Positions 39,503-49,581 of a DNA stretch of 64,000 nucleotides are shown here, in pieces. The position numbers were made by a program, and so were the translations under genes. The stretch covers positions 24,120-88,119 of the forward strand of contig DASQYM010000003.1 in NCBI GenBank assembly GCA_035639195.1. The letters are read 5' to 3'. Numbering within the stretch: position 1 is the stretch's first letter; the number at the start of each line of letters is the position of its first letter. The notes below the pieces were generated by a model that was not told where the DNA came from, did no database searches, and saw only the letters and a list, made by a program, of their open reading frames with translations. This stretch comes from Steroidobacteraceae bacterium. Its GTDB lineage: Bacteria; Pseudomonadota; Gammaproteobacteria; Steroidobacterales; Steroidobacteraceae.

Positions 39503-39964
39503 TCAACCGCCGGCTTTGAGTGCCGCGGCGCGGTGAATGGCAGCGCGGATGCGCTGGTACGTGCCGCAGCGGCAGATATTGCCGGCCATGGCGGCATCGA
39601 TGTCGGCATCGCTCGGCTGCGGAGTTTGTGTCAGCAGTGCGGCCGCCGACATGATCTGTCCGGACTGGCAGTAGCCACATTGCGGTACATCGAGCTCGAT
39701 CCAGGCGCGTTGCACCGGGTGGCTGTTATCGGGCGAGAGTCCTTCGATGGTGGTGATGCGCTTGCCGCTTGCGGCGCTCACCGGCGTCACGCACGAGCGC
39801 ACCGGCGCGCCCTCCAGGTGCACCGTACAGGCACCGCACAGTGCCATGCCGCAGCCGTATTTCGTACCGGTGAGTCCGAGGATGTCCCGCAGCACCCACA
39901 GGAGCGGCATCTCGCCCTCGACATCGAGCGTGGTGGTCCTGCCGTTGAGGTTGAGTGTGATCAT
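39503..39964 (-). CDS. (2Fe-2S)-binding small subunit of the aldehyde oxidase/xanthine dehydrogenase family (IorA/CoxS-like)
   Basis: ATG 39964. 153 aa with [21 protein letters not shown] and NICRCGTY cysteine motifs. Confidence 0.9.
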   Translation of the reverse strand: MITLNLNGRTTTLDVEGEMPLLWVLRDILGLTGTKYGCGMALCGACTVHLEGAPVRSCVTPVSAASGKRITTIEGLSPDNSHPVQRAWIELDVPQCGYCQSGQIMSAAALLTQTPQPSDADIDAAMAGNICRCGTYQRIRAAIHRAAALKAGG

Positions 39965-40111
39965 CCGCTCCTCAGCCCGCGGTCTGCGGGCAATGCATAC
40001 TATACGGTCGTACGCGCGCCGTGCAGCTGCGCGGCCTGTGGCAGCGCCCGAGCGCCACCGGCGCGGACCCTCTACAATGCGCTGCCGCCGTAAGTCCGTG
40101 AAAGTCATGCC

Positions 40112-41170
40112 TTGAGCCACAGCGTCGTCACTTCGTTCACTTCGCCGCCGATCACCACCGAGGTTGTCATCATCGGCGCAGGTCCGTGCGGCCTGTTCCA
40201 GGTATTCGAACTGGGCCTGCTCGGCATCGGCGCCCATGTGGTCGACTCGCTGAGCCATCCCGGAGGGCAGTGCGCCGAGCTCTACCCCGATAAGCCCATC
40301 TACGACATTCCCGGCCTACCGGTGTGCGGCGCGCAGGAGCTGGTCGACCGGTTGTTGCAGCAGATCAAGCCCTTCAAAGCGTCGCTGCATCTCGGCCACG
40401 AGGTGGTGGAGTTCACGCGGCGCGAGGACGGACGATTTCATCTGGCGACCGCGGGCGGTGTCAGGTTCGATGCGGGCGCGGTGGTGATCGCAGCCGGGCT
40501 CGGCTCATTTCAACCGCGGCGCATCGGCGTCGAAGGTGCGGAGGCGTTCGAGGGCGGTGCCATCCAGTACCGCGTGCGCAATGCCGCCGAGCTCGCCGGC
40601 AAACACCTGGTGATCTTCGGTGGCGGTGACTCGGCGCTCGACTGGACGCTCGAGCTGCTGACGAGCTCCGCCAGCCTGACACTGGTACATCGGCGCAGCG
40701 AGTTCCGTGCCGCGCCGGCCTCGGTGGCGCGCATGCGCGAGCTGGTCGCAGCCGGCCGGATGCGCTGCCTCGAGGCGCTGCCGCACTCGCTGATCGTGGC
40801 GGATGCAGCGCTGCGCGGAGTCAACGTCCGCAGCGCCGCTGGGGCCGTAACCGCGCTTTCCGCAGAGCAGCTGCTGGTGTTCTTCGGTCTGCACCCGAAA
40901 CTTGGACCAATCGCCGAATGGGGACTGGCGTTGGAGAAGAAAGCGCTCAAGGTCGATCCCGAGAAATTTCAGACCAGCCTTGCGGGTGTCTTCGCCGTCG
41001 GGGACATCAACACCTATCCTGGCAAGAAAAAGCTCATCCTCTCGGGGTTTCACGAAGCCGCGCTGGCCGCATTTGCCATTCAGCACCACCTGTATCCACA
41101 GAAAAAGCAGTTTCTGCAGTACACCACCACGAGCCCGCTCATGCACCAACGCCTGGGGGTACCCGATTGA
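40112..41170 (+). CDS. fpr: ferredoxin--NADP(+) reductase, thioredoxin-reductase-like type
   Basis: 352 aa with [32 protein letters not shown] and [15 protein letters not shown] start. Confidence 0.8.
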   Translation: MSHSVVTSFTSPPITTEVVIIGAGPCGLFQVFELGLLGIGAHVVDSLSHPGGQCAELYPDKPIYDIPGLPVCGAQELVDRLLQQIKPFKASLHLGHEVVEFTRREDGRFHLATAGGVRFDAGAVVIAAGLGSFQPRRIGVEGAEAFEGGAIQYRVRNAAELAGKHLVIFGGGDSALDWTLELLTSSASLTLVHRRSEFRAAPASVARMRELVAAGRMRCLEALPHSLIVADAALRGVNVRSAAGAVTALSAEQLLVFFGLHPKLGPIAEWGLALEKKALKVDPEKFQTSLAGVFAVGDINTYPGKKKLILSGFHEAALAAFAIQHHLYPQKKQFLQYTTTSPLMHQRLGVPD

Positions 41171-41199
41171 TCGGCCAGATCTGCAGGAGGAAGGCCATC

Positions 41200-41664
41200 A
41201 TGACCGTCGTGCGCACCATTGCCGCTGCTCCAGTGCTGCTCGCTGCGCTCGCTCTGCCGCGGTTCGCGCACGCCGCGGATCCGTGCCAGCTCGAGATCAG
41301 CGGCAACGACCAGATGCAGTACGACAAGCAGACGCTCAGCGTTCCCGCGAGTTGCACGCAGGTGACCCTCACGCTGCACCATGCCGGCAAGCTGCCGCGT
41401 GAGGCAATGGGGCACAACTGGGTGCTGGTGAATGCGGCCGACCTCAGCGTCGTCGCGAATGCAGGCATGGCAGCGGGACTCGCCGACGACTATGTCCAGC
41501 CCGGTGACAAGCGCGTGATCGCCCACACCAAGACCATCGGCGGCGGCCAGAGCACCAGCGTCACGTTTCCGACCTCCGCACTGAAGCCCGGCGGCGATTA
41601 TCGCTACCTCTGCACCTTCCCGGGTCACAACGCTCTGATGCGCGGCACCTTCAAGTTCGGCTGA
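41200..41664 (+). CDS. azu: azurin (type-1 blue copper protein) precursor
   Basis: ATG 41200 follows AGGAGG. Signal peptide, then MGHNWVL and C-terminal YLCTFPGHNALMRGTFKF (Cys/His/Met copper ligands). Confidence 0.93.
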   Translation: MTVVRTIAAAPVLLAALALPRFAHAADPCQLEISGNDQMQYDKQTLSVPASCTQVTLTLHHAGKLPREAMGHNWVLVNAADLSVVANAGMAAGLADDYVQPGDKRVIAHTKTIGGGQSTSVTFPTSALKPGGDYRYLCTFPGHNALMRGTFKFG

Positions 41665-41675
41665 AGCCGGCGCCC

Positions 41676-42539
41676 ATGGATCAGCGCCTGAAGGACCTGC
41701 TGCAGCTGCTCGAGCTCGAGCAGCTCGAGCTCAACCTGTTCCGCGGCGCGAGCCGCGACATCGGCAGCCCGCAGGTGTTCGGCGGACAGGTGCTCGGGCA
41801 GGCGTTGTCGGCCGCGGCAGCCACGGTGGAGGCGCGCGTGGTGCACTCGCTGCACGCCTATTTCCTGCGGCGCGGCGACTACAACGCACCAATCGTTTAC
41901 GAGGTCGACCGCAGCCTCGATGGACACAGCTTTTCCAATCGCCGCGTGGTCGCCATTCAGCACGGCCAGCAGATCTTCAACATGGCCGCCTCTTTCCAGG
42001 CGGCGGAGAAGGGCTTCGATCATCAGATCGCCATACCCGAGGTGCCGCCGCCCGAGAGCCTGCCGGCTTCCGACAGCCCGCCAGCGGAGGTGCTGGAGCA
42101 GCTGCCCGAGCGCGTGCGGCGCTTCTTCCAGCAGCCGCGGCCGTTCGAGTTTCGCATGGTGCGGCCGATCGACTACCTGCGGCCGCGGCGCGAGGCACCG
42201 GCACGCGAGATCTGGTTTCGCGCGGTCGGGTCGCTGCCCGATGATGAGATGCTGCACCGGCGGCTGCTCGCCTACGTGTCGGATTTTTTCCTGCTGGACA
42301 CCGCGACTCTGCCGCACGGCACCTCGCTCCTGCGACCGACGCTCGTGATGGCTAGCATCGATCACGCCATGTGGTTTCATCGCACGCTGCGCGTGGATGA
42401 GTGGCTGCTGTACGCGATGGACAGCCCGAGCGCTTCGGGCGCGCGTGGCTTTGCACGTGCCAGCGTGTTCGCACGCGACGGACGGCTGGTTGCGAGCGCC
42501 GCGCAGGAGGGGTTGGTGCGCAGCAAGGGCGGCTCCTGA
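41676..42539 (+). CDS. tesB: acyl-CoA thioesterase II
   Basis: 287 aa with LLELEQLELNLFRG...PQVFGGQVLGQAL...HSLHAYFLRRGD, the double hot-dog TesB pattern. Confidence 0.88.
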   Translation: MDQRLKDLLQLLELEQLELNLFRGASRDIGSPQVFGGQVLGQALSAAAATVEARVVHSLHAYFLRRGDYNAPIVYEVDRSLDGHSFSNRRVVAIQHGQQIFNMAASFQAAEKGFDHQIAIPEVPPPESLPASDSPPAEVLEQLPERVRRFFQQPRPFEFRMVRPIDYLRPRREAPAREIWFRAVGSLPDDEMLHRRLLAYVSDFFLLDTATLPHGTSLLRPTLVMASIDHAMWFHRTLRVDEWLLYAMDSPSASGARGFARASVFARDGRLVASAAQEGLVRSKGGS

Positions 42540-42566
42540 AGGAGACGGCGCGGGGCTGAGGGGCAG

Positions 42567-43535
42567 ATGCTTGCGCTTCCTGCTGCATTGATGGTCGCGG
42601 CCGCCGGCGCAGCGGAAGGCGGCGATGTCATGGCGCTCGAGCGCGCATGGTCGAGAGTGCGCGACTCGAGCGAGCAGGTGGTGATGAGTGTCGATCGCGG
42701 CGCCGCCCTCTGGCCACAGGCGAGTGAGCGCCGCGTACGCACCATCGTCGCACCTGTCAACGTCGCGTGGCTCGGGACCCAGGTGCTCTATCTCGAGGAG
42801 TTCATCGAGGACGATCCGCAGCAACCGCGGCGGCAGCTGCTGCTGCAGCTCGAGCCCGCCCCGGAGCCGCCGCACGCGGTGCGGGTGCATCTGTTCACCT
42901 TCGCGGACCCGGGGCGCTGGACGCACCTTAACTACCGCCCGCCGCTCGTCGCTGCCCTCACGCGGCGGGACATCACGGCTTCCGTGGGATGTGATTTGCT
43001 CCTCACGCGCGCCGGCGACCAGTTTCGCGGCGGCACCGTCGGGCGGCACTGTGTTGACTTCGGTTCCGGCAGCTCGCGTTACCTCGACTATCAGCTGGTG
43101 ATCGGCGAGGACCTGTACTGGTACCGCCGCCGGCTGCTGCGGCAGAGCGATGGTGAACTGCAGCAGGAGGTGATCGGCTTCAACCGTTTCGAGCCCAACG
43201 AAGCACGGCTCTATGCCTGCCGCATCGCCTGGTCATCGAGCGGTAAGGCGCGCGACTTGCGCCCCTTCGTCACGCTCGATCTGTACGAAGCCGGTGGTCA
43301 CGGGCGCTTCGTCACCCCCGATGGCCGCACCTTCGAGCTGACTTTGCACGGTCGTGACTGGCCCTTCGCCATCGATCGGGATGCGTTGCTGCTGCTGTTG
43401 CAGGAGCAGGGCGCCGCTAGCCCGCTCGCCACCGCTTGGGCACAGATGGATGAGCAGCAGATCAGCCTCGGGCTCGATTGGCTCGAGGTGCGCTGCGGCT
43501 CGATGGCACCCGATTCGGATGAGCTCACTCAGTGA
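42567..43535 (+). CDS. CpcT/CpeT-like (DUF1001 lipocalin-fold) protein with a C-terminal extension of about 115 aa and unknown function
   Basis: VLYLEEFIEDDPQQPRRQLLLQLEP, GCDLLLTRAGDQFRGGTVGRHC and YLDYQLVIGEDLYWY resemble the CpcT/CpeT family. The call is from memory and the C-terminal third is unassigned. Confidence 0.55.
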   Translation: MLALPAALMVAAAGAAEGGDVMALERAWSRVRDSSEQVVMSVDRGAALWPQASERRVRTIVAPVNVAWLGTQVLYLEEFIEDDPQQPRRQLLLQLEPAPEPPHAVRVHLFTFADPGRWTHLNYRPPLVAALTRRDITASVGCDLLLTRAGDQFRGGTVGRHCVDFGSGSSRYLDYQLVIGEDLYWYRRRLLRQSDGELQQEVIGFNRFEPNEARLYACRIAWSSSGKARDLRPFVTLDLYEAGGHGRFVTPDGRTFELTLHGRDWPFAIDRDALLLLLQEQGAASPLATAWAQMDEQQISLGLDWLEVRCGSMAPDSDELTQ

Positions 43536-44482
43536 GCGGCACGCTGCGTGATGGCCGCGAGGTCCTGCAGCAGCAGCGCGTTGAAGCGTGCGGGGTCTTC
43601 CAGCATGAGGAAGTGGCCGGTGTGATCGAGCACATCGAGATGGAAATCCGGCAATGAGCGGCGGATGCGCGCGGCATCGGTAGGCAGCAGATCGGAGTTG
43701 ATCGCGTACACCGGCACGTGAATGGCCGGGAGCAGCCCGGCGAGATCCATCGACAGCAGCGAGCGCAGACTCGGCACCGCGACCGCGGGCGGGCGCAGTG
43801 ACATGTTGTAGGCGACTTTCTGTACCAGCACCGCATCGGCGCCGCGGTCGAACAGGGAGGAGCTCACGAGCTTGCGCGTCGCGCCGACGAAGTCGGCCTC
43901 GAACGGCGCCACGCGCCGCTCGATGTCGCGCGCTGCGAGCGGCGGCTCCCCTACCGAGCGCAGCGCCTCGACGGCTACCACGCCGATGACCCGCTCTCCG
44001 ATCAAGGGTGTCGCCGCAAGCACCACGGCCGCCCCCATCGAGTGCCCGACGAGCACCAGCTGGCGGTTGGGCAGCTGGCGGGCCACCGCCGCGACATCCT
44101 GCGCGTAATTGGCGATCGACCAGTCGTTGCGGTTAGCGCCGGAGGCGCCGTGTCCGGCAAGGTTGAGCGTCACCACGGTGTAGTGCGATTTGAGAGCATC
44201 GAGCTGCGCGTGCCAGTAGTTCTCATCGCACGCCCAGCCATGTACCAGCAGCACCGCCGGATCCCCGCCTCCGTAGACGTGGTACTCGATGTGCACATTG
44301 TCCGGTGACAGCGTGATGCGCGGACCTTCGCCGAGCCGCACCTCGGCAGCGGGGACGCTGGTCGCAGGGCGCGCTGGCGCTATCGCAACGCTGCCGTGAC
44401 CGGCATCATGCGCGCCGCAGCCGACGAGCAGCAGCAGCAGGCCGAGCACGACCGGGCGATAAAGCTTCGGTGATTCCCTCAT
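43529..44482 (-). CDS. alpha/beta hydrolase lipoprotein
   Basis: ATG 44482 overlaps the upstream stop (ATGA). Lipobox LLLLVGC, then LVHGWACDENYW and the nucleophile elbow GHSMG. Confidence 0.85.
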   Translation of the reverse strand: MRESPKLYRPVVLGLLLLLVGCGAHDAGHGSVAIAPARPATSVPAAEVRLGEGPRITLSPDNVHIEYHVYGGGDPAVLLVHGWACDENYWHAQLDALKSHYTVVTLNLAGHGASGANRNDWSIANYAQDVAAVARQLPNRQLVLVGHSMGAAVVLAATPLIGERVIGVVAVEALRSVGEPPLAARDIERRVAPFEADFVGATRKLVSSSLFDRGADAVLVQKVAYNMSLRPPAVAVPSLRSLLSMDLAGLLPAIHVPVYAINSDLLPTDAARIRRSLPDFHLDVLDHTGHFLMLEDPARFNALLLQDLAAITQRAAH

Positions 44483-45906
44483 GAGGCGCGCAGCACTTTT
44501 CCGGGATTCATGATGCCGTGGGGATCGAACGCATGTTTCACGGCGCGCATCAGTTCGAGCTCCACCTGCGAGGCGTAGCGCTCGAGCTCTGCCACCTTGG
44601 TGCGCCCGACCCCATGCTCGGCGCTGAAGCTGCCGCCGGAGTCCCGCACCATGTCGTGTATCGCGCGGCGTATCTCCCCGGCGCGTGCCAGAAATCGCTC
44701 GCGATCGGCGCCCGGAAGCTGGCTGATGTTGAAGTGAAGGTTGCCATCGCCGACGTGCCCGTAGGCCACCAACCGCCCCTCGGGGACGTGCGCGGCGATC
44801 CAGCGGGCGGCGTGCGCCACGAAGTCCGGGAGCGTGGCGACCGGCAGCGAGATGTCGTGCTTGAGGCTCGCGCCTTCGTGACGCTGCGCCTCGGGAATGC
44901 TCTCGCGCAACTTCCACAGCGCGGTACGCTCGCGCTCGCTCTGCACGAGCGTCGCATCGAGGACGATGCCGCGCGCGAGTGCCGCGGCGAGCGCCTCCTC
45001 CAACACTGCATCGAGCGGCTCCCCGGCGCGCGATGAGGACAGCTCGCACAGCACATACCAGGGGTAGGGGGCGCCCAGCGGGTCACTTACCCCGGGTATG
45101 TGGCGGCTGGTGAGCTCGAGGCCGGCGCGCGGTATGAGCTCGAAGGAGCTGACGCGGTCGCCACTCGCGGCCCGCAGCTCGCCGAGCAGCGTCACCGCGG
45201 CGCGCACCTCGGGTATGGCTGCGAGCGCCGTGGCGCGCACGCGGATCTCGGGAAAGAGTTTGAAGCTCGCGGCGGTGATGACTCCGAGCGTGCCTTCGGC
45301 GCCGAGGAACAGCGACTTGATGTCGTATCCGGTGTTGTCCTTGCGCAGCGTCGTCAGTCCATCGAGCACGCGACCGCCGGCGAGTACCACCTCGAGACCG
45401 AGCACCAGGTCGCGCGTCATGCCGTAGCGCAGCACGTTGACGCCGCCCGCGTTGGTGGAGAGATTGCCGCCGATCTGACAGCTGCCCTGCGAGCCGATGC
45501 TCAGCGGGAAGAAGCGGCCCGCCGCTGCCGCCGCCGCCTGCACCTGGGCGAGGATGCAGCCGGCCTCCGCGACGAGCGAGTGATTGTCCGCATCGACGCT
45601 GCGGATGCGGTTGAGCCGCCGCAGCGAAAGCACGAGCTCGCGACCGGACTCATCGGGGATGGCACCACCGCAGTAGCTGGTGTTGCCGCCGTGCGGCACC
45701 ACACCAATGCGCTCGGCCTCGCAGAATTCGAGGAGCTGCGTCACCTGCAGCACGGAGCGCGGTTGTGCCACCGCGAGTGCACTACCGCGGCAGCGGCCGA
45801 GGTGATCGACGAGAAACGGTGCGCAGTCCTGCGGCTCGCTCAGCAGCGCATCTGCGCCGAGCAGTGCGCGCAGCCGCTCGCGCAGAGCGCTGCTTTCCAG
45901 GGTCAA
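44479..45906 (-). CDS. FAD-linked oxidase (GlcD / D-2-hydroxyacid dehydrogenase-like)
   Basis: 475 aa. PCMH-type FAD-binding domain ([16 protein letters not shown]) and C-terminal AEHGVGRTK motif. The TTG start overlaps the htpX stop. Confidence 0.85.
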   Translation of the reverse strand: MTLESSALRERLRALLGADALLSEPQDCAPFLVDHLGRCRGSALAVAQPRSVLQVTQLLEFCEAERIGVVPHGGNTSYCGGAIPDESGRELVLSLRRLNRIRSVDADNHSLVAEAGCILAQVQAAAAAAGRFFPLSIGSQGSCQIGGNLSTNAGGVNVLRYGMTRDLVLGLEVVLAGGRVLDGLTTLRKDNTGYDIKSLFLGAEGTLGVITAASFKLFPEIRVRATALAAIPEVRAAVTLLGELRAASGDRVSSFELIPRAGLELTSRHIPGVSDPLGAPYPWYVLCELSSSRAGEPLDAVLEEALAAALARGIVLDATLVQSERERTALWKLRESIPEAQRHEGASLKHDISLPVATLPDFVAHAARWIAAHVPEGRLVAYGHVGDGNLHFNISQLPGADRERFLARAGEIRRAIHDMVRDSGGSFSAEHGVGRTKVAELERYASQVELELMRAVKHAFDPHGIMNPGKVLRAS

Positions 45907-46787
45907 TGTGTGCCGAGCGCCCGCAGCGCCGCGATGCGCTCATCGAGCGGCGGATGGCTCATGAAGAGCCGCGCCAGGCCGCTGCGAACGCCGCCATCGG
46001 CGATGCCGAAAGCCTGAAACTGCTGTGCGGGCAGCGGCTCGTGGCCGCGCTTGAGGTCCTCCAGGGCCGCGATCATGCTGCCGGTGCCGGCGAGCTGCGC
46101 CCCGCCGCGATCGGCGCGAAACTCGCGCTGGCGCGAAAACCACATGACGATGGGCGTCGCGAGCAGTCCAAATGCGATCTGCAGCGCGTAGAAGGTGAGC
46201 ACCGAGGCGATGCCGCGGCCGTCCTCCGAGCGGAACACCGCCCGGTCGATGATGTTGCCGACGACGCGCGCGAGGAAGAGCACGAAGGTGTTGACGACGC
46301 CCTGGATCAGGGTAAGCGTCACCATGTCCCCGTTCGCGACGTGGGTCATCTCATGCCCGATCACCGCCTCGATTTCCGTGCGGTTCATGCGCTGCAGTAG
46401 CCCGGTGCTCACCGCCACGAGCGCGGAGTTACGGCTCGCACCGGTGGCGAAGGCGTTCGGTGCCGGGGAGTCGAATATCCCCACTTCGGGCATGCCCAAT
46501 CCGAGGCTGCGCGCGTAACGCTCGACGACCGACACCAGCCACTGCGCGGTCGGGTCCGCCGAGTCGCCGATCACCTGCACGCCCATGAACATCTTGGCCT
46601 GCATCTTCGACATGGCGAGCGAGATGAACGCGCCGCCAAAACCGAACAGCGCGGCCCACACCAGGATGCCCTCGAAGCTCTCGCCGCGCGCGGCGAGCCA
46701 GGTGTCCAGTCCCAGCAGACGCGCCACGGCCGTCAGGACCAGCAGTACCGCGAGGTTGGTGGCGATGAACAACACGATGCGTTTCAT
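45903..46787 (-). CDS. htpX: zinc metalloprotease HtpX
   Basis: ATG 46787 gives [18 protein letters not shown]. It has the HEMTH zinc motif and a C-terminal SHPPLDERI motif. Confidence 0.93.
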   Translation of the reverse strand: MKRIVLFIATNLAVLLVLTAVARLLGLDTWLAARGESFEGILVWAALFGFGGAFISLAMSKMQAKMFMGVQVIGDSADPTAQWLVSVVERYARSLGLGMPEVGIFDSPAPNAFATGASRNSALVAVSTGLLQRMNRTEIEAVIGHEMTHVANGDMVTLTLIQGVVNTFVLFLARVVGNIIDRAVFRSEDGRGIASVLTFYALQIAFGLLATPIVMWFSRQREFRADRGGAQLAGTGSMIAALEDLKRGHEPLPAQQFQAFGIADGGVRSGLARLFMSHPPLDERIAALRALGTH

Positions 46788-46923
46788 GACGGAAAGCCTG
46801 CGTTGAGAGGAGGATGCGGGATACCCGCCGGGCGGCACTCTACCGTTACGGCGGTATGCCCGCCAGCATGGGGACCGGAGGGCAATTTTCAAGCCCCCCG
46901 CCGCACTGGCGCCGGAGGGCGCC

Positions 46924-47976
46924 TCAGCCGAGCGCCACCCCCACGGCGTGCCCCACTACATAGCTCACCGCGCCGGCTCCGCCGCCAATCAGCACCATGC
47001 GCAGAGCGCCGCGCACCGCATCACGGCCGGTGAACAGTGACAGCCCCAGCCCGACGGCAAACAGCGCGAGCAGCGTGATCACCACCGCTGCGATCACCGC
47101 CTGCGCAGCCTTGATGCGCCCGAGGAACGGCAGCAGCGGCACGGTGGCGCCGAGCGCGAACGCAACGAACGAGGAGGCCGCCGCCTGCCAGGGAGAGCCG
47201 AGGTCATCGGGATTCAGCCCGAGCTCCTCGCGCGCCAACACATCGAGCGCTGCCTGTGGACTCGCGAGCAGCGCGCGGCTCACCTCGCGCGCCTGCTCGA
47301 GCGCCATGCCCCGCGCCTGGTAAATGAGCGCGAGCTCTTCGGCTTCTTCCTCGGGGTACTCGGTGAGCTCCTCCCGCTCGAGCGCAATCTGATACTCGTA
47401 CATCTCACGCTGCGAGCGTACCGAGACGTACTCCCCCGCGGCCATGGAGAGCGCCCCGGCCAGGAGCCCCGCGACACCGGCGGTGAGCACGTAGCCGCTC
47501 CCGGCGCCGGCTCCCGCGACACCGAGCACGAGGCTCACATTGGAGATCAGCCCGTCGTTTACTCCAAACACCGCAGCCCGCAGGCTCCCACCGAGGGCGC
47601 TGCGGTGGCGCGCGCCGACCTGCGCGAGCGAGGTCGGCATCGCATGGCCCGCCACCGCAAGCGGCGCGCTGTAGATCGACAGCCCGCGCAGCTTCATGGC
47701 GGCCAGTACCGGGCGCAGCGAGCGCGGATCGAAGCGTGCGAGCAGGCGCGCGACGATGCGCGCCCGCAGCGATGGCGTGAACAGCCGCGGTGGCCGGGGG
47801 CCGGCCGCGTCGCGCTGGGTGGCGAGCTGCCACTTGGTCGCCTGCTCCTCGGCAGCCGCCGCCAGCTTCAGAAACAGCGCGCTCTTGAGCGGGTCCGCCT
47901 CGGCAGCCGCCACCCGGCGGTAAAGCCAGGCGGACTCCTTCTCGTGATACCAGCTATCGACGCCGGCCGCGGTCAA
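46924..47976 (-). CDS. VIT1/CCC1 family iron/manganese transporter with an N-terminal cytoplasmic helical domain
   Basis: [20 protein letters not shown], a mid-protein acidic helix ([14 protein letters not shown]) and five TM helices. The TTG start overlaps the upstream stop by 4 nt. Confidence 0.8.
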   Translation of the reverse strand: MTAAGVDSWYHEKESAWLYRRVAAAEADPLKSALFLKLAAAAEEQATKWQLATQRDAAGPRPPRLFTPSLRARIVARLLARFDPRSLRPVLAAMKLRGLSIYSAPLAVAGHAMPTSLAQVGARHRSALGGSLRAAVFGVNDGLISNVSLVLGVAGAGAGSGYVLTAGVAGLLAGALSMAAGEYVSVRSQREMYEYQIALEREELTEYPEEEAEELALIYQARGMALEQAREVSRALLASPQAALDVLAREELGLNPDDLGSPWQAAASSFVAFALGATVPLLPFLGRIKAAQAVIAAVVITLLALFAVGLGLSLFTGRDAVRGALRMVLIGGGAGAVSYVVGHAVGVALG

Positions 47977-48359
47977 TACTGATCGCGCTCGTCGTCGACC
48001 GCGTCCTCGTCCTCGTCCCAGTCGTCGTCGTCTTCGTCCTCTTCCTCATCCTCGTCCCAGTCATCGTCGTCCTCGGCTTCATCGTCGTCGGACTCGGACC
48101 AGCCTTCGGGCTCCTCGACACGCTCGAGATCCATCTCGCGCCACGTCTCGAGGTCGATCTCCTCGATGTCGCCATCGAGATACTCGATCTCCAGACGCTC
48201 GGAGTCCTCATCCACCGACAGCACGCGGAAGGATTCTTCTTCTTCGACGTTTTCGTACCACTGACCAGGCACTGGCTCGTAATCTCTGCTCACCGCGAAA
48301 GCCACCCTGTGTTCATTTTCGCCGCCGACAAGTGTAGGGGGTGACGTCGGGTTGGGCAA
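47973..48359 (-). CDS. highly acidic small protein, DUF6763-like
   Basis: PGQWYENVEEEESFRVLSVDEDSERLEIEYLDGDIEEIDLETWREMDLE matches my recollection of DUF6763. The C-terminal 45 aa are almost all D/E, with DDDDWDEDE occurring twice. The start is uncertain (TTG 48359 or an internal GTG). Confidence 0.6.
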   Translation of the reverse strand: MPNPTSPPTLVGGENEHRVAFAVSRDYEPVPGQWYENVEEEESFRVLSVDEDSERLEIEYLDGDIEEIDLETWREMDLERVEEPEGWSESDDDEAEDDDDWDEDEEEDEDDDDWDEDEDAVDDERDQY

Positions 48360-48388
48360 CGCGGGCCGGATGCGTATAGTTTTCCTTC

Positions 48389-49576
48389 ATGGGCGACGAA
48401 TTCGGTGTTTCAGCGGCGCCACTCGCACAGGCGCGGCGCGTCGTAGTGAAGGTGGGCTCTGCATTGCTGGTGGACGCGGAGAGCGCCCGTGTCAATCGCG
48501 CCTGGCTCGAGACCCTGGTCGAGGATCTGTTGCGGCTGCGCAAGCGTGGGCAGCGTGTCATCCTGGTGTCATCCGGGGCGATCGCTCTTGGCCGGCGGCG
48601 CCTCGGCCTCAAGCATGGAACGCTGCGGCTCGAGGAAAGCCAGGCGGCGGCGGCAGTGGGGCAGATCCGTCTCGCGCACGCCTACAAGGAGCTGCTCGAG
48701 AGCAATGACGTGACCGTTGCGCAGGTGCTGCTCACCCTCGAGGACAGCGAGCGCCGCCGCCGTTATCTCAACGCGCGTGCCACGCTCGAGTCACTGCTGG
48801 AGCTCGGTGCGCTTCCGGTCATCAACGAGAACGACACGGTGGCGACCGCCGAGATCCGCTACGGCGACAACGATCGCCTGGCGGCGCGCGTCGCACAGAT
48901 GATAGGCGCCGATTGCCTCGTGCTGTTGTCGGATGTCGCCGGGCTGTTTAGTACGGACCCCAATCGCGACCCTAGCGCGCGCTTGATCCGTGAGGTCCGG
49001 CAGATCACTCCGGAGATCGAAGCCATGGCCGGGCGCGCCGCGTCCCAGCTCGGCTCCGGCGGGATGGCCGCCAAGATCGCCGCGGCCCGCATCGCGCTCG
49101 CAGCCGGCTGTCACATGTGCATCGCCGCGGGCGCACCGCGCCATGCGCTGCGCCGCATAGAAGAGGGCGCGGAATGCACCTGGTTCGTTCCCACGGCGAC
49201 TCCCGCCGCGGCGCGCAAGCAGTGGATCGCCGGCACGCTGCGTCCCGCGGGCGCCATCACCATCGATGCCGGTGCGCTGCGCGCGTTGCTCGAAGGCAGT
49301 AGCCTGCTGCCGGCGGGTGTCACCGGGGCGCGCGGACGCTTCGACCGCGGCGACACGGTGAGCGTGCTCGCCGCCGATGGGGTCGAAGTGGCGCGCGGCA
49401 TCATCGCTTATTCCGACGGTGATGCCGCGCGCATCCTGGGCCGCAAGACTTCGGAGATCGCCGAGATCCTCGGCTTCCGCGGCCGCGACGAGATGATCCA
49501 CCGGGACGACATGGTGCTGCTGCGCCACGAGCCCGCCGCCGCAGCGGTGACGGCCGCCCCGCAGCCGGCTCGCTGA
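48389..49576 (+). CDS. proB: glutamate 5-kinase (with PUA domain)
   Basis: [43 protein letters not shown] and a C-terminal PUA domain. Confidence 0.95.
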   Translation: MGDEFGVSAAPLAQARRVVVKVGSALLVDAESARVNRAWLETLVEDLLRLRKRGQRVILVSSGAIALGRRRLGLKHGTLRLEESQAAAAVGQIRLAHAYKELLESNDVTVAQVLLTLEDSERRRRYLNARATLESLLELGALPVINENDTVATAEIRYGDNDRLAARVAQMIGADCLVLLSDVAGLFSTDPNRDPSARLIREVRQITPEIEAMAGRAASQLGSGGMAAKIAAARIALAAGCHMCIAAGAPRHALRRIEEGAECTWFVPTATPAAARKQWIAGTLRPAGAITIDAGALRALLEGSSLLPAGVTGARGRFDRGDTVSVLAADGVEVARGIIAYSDGDAARILGRKTSEIAEILGFRGRDEMIHRDDMVLLRHEPAAAAVTAAPQPAR

Positions 49577-49581
49577 ATCCG

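Noticed and set aside
47985-48115. Periodic GTC/CTC-rich DNA that looks like a short tandem repeat array.
   Set aside because: It is the coding sequence, on the minus strand, of the Asp/Glu-rich tail of the DUF6763-like protein. It is not a non-coding repeat or a CRISPR-like array.
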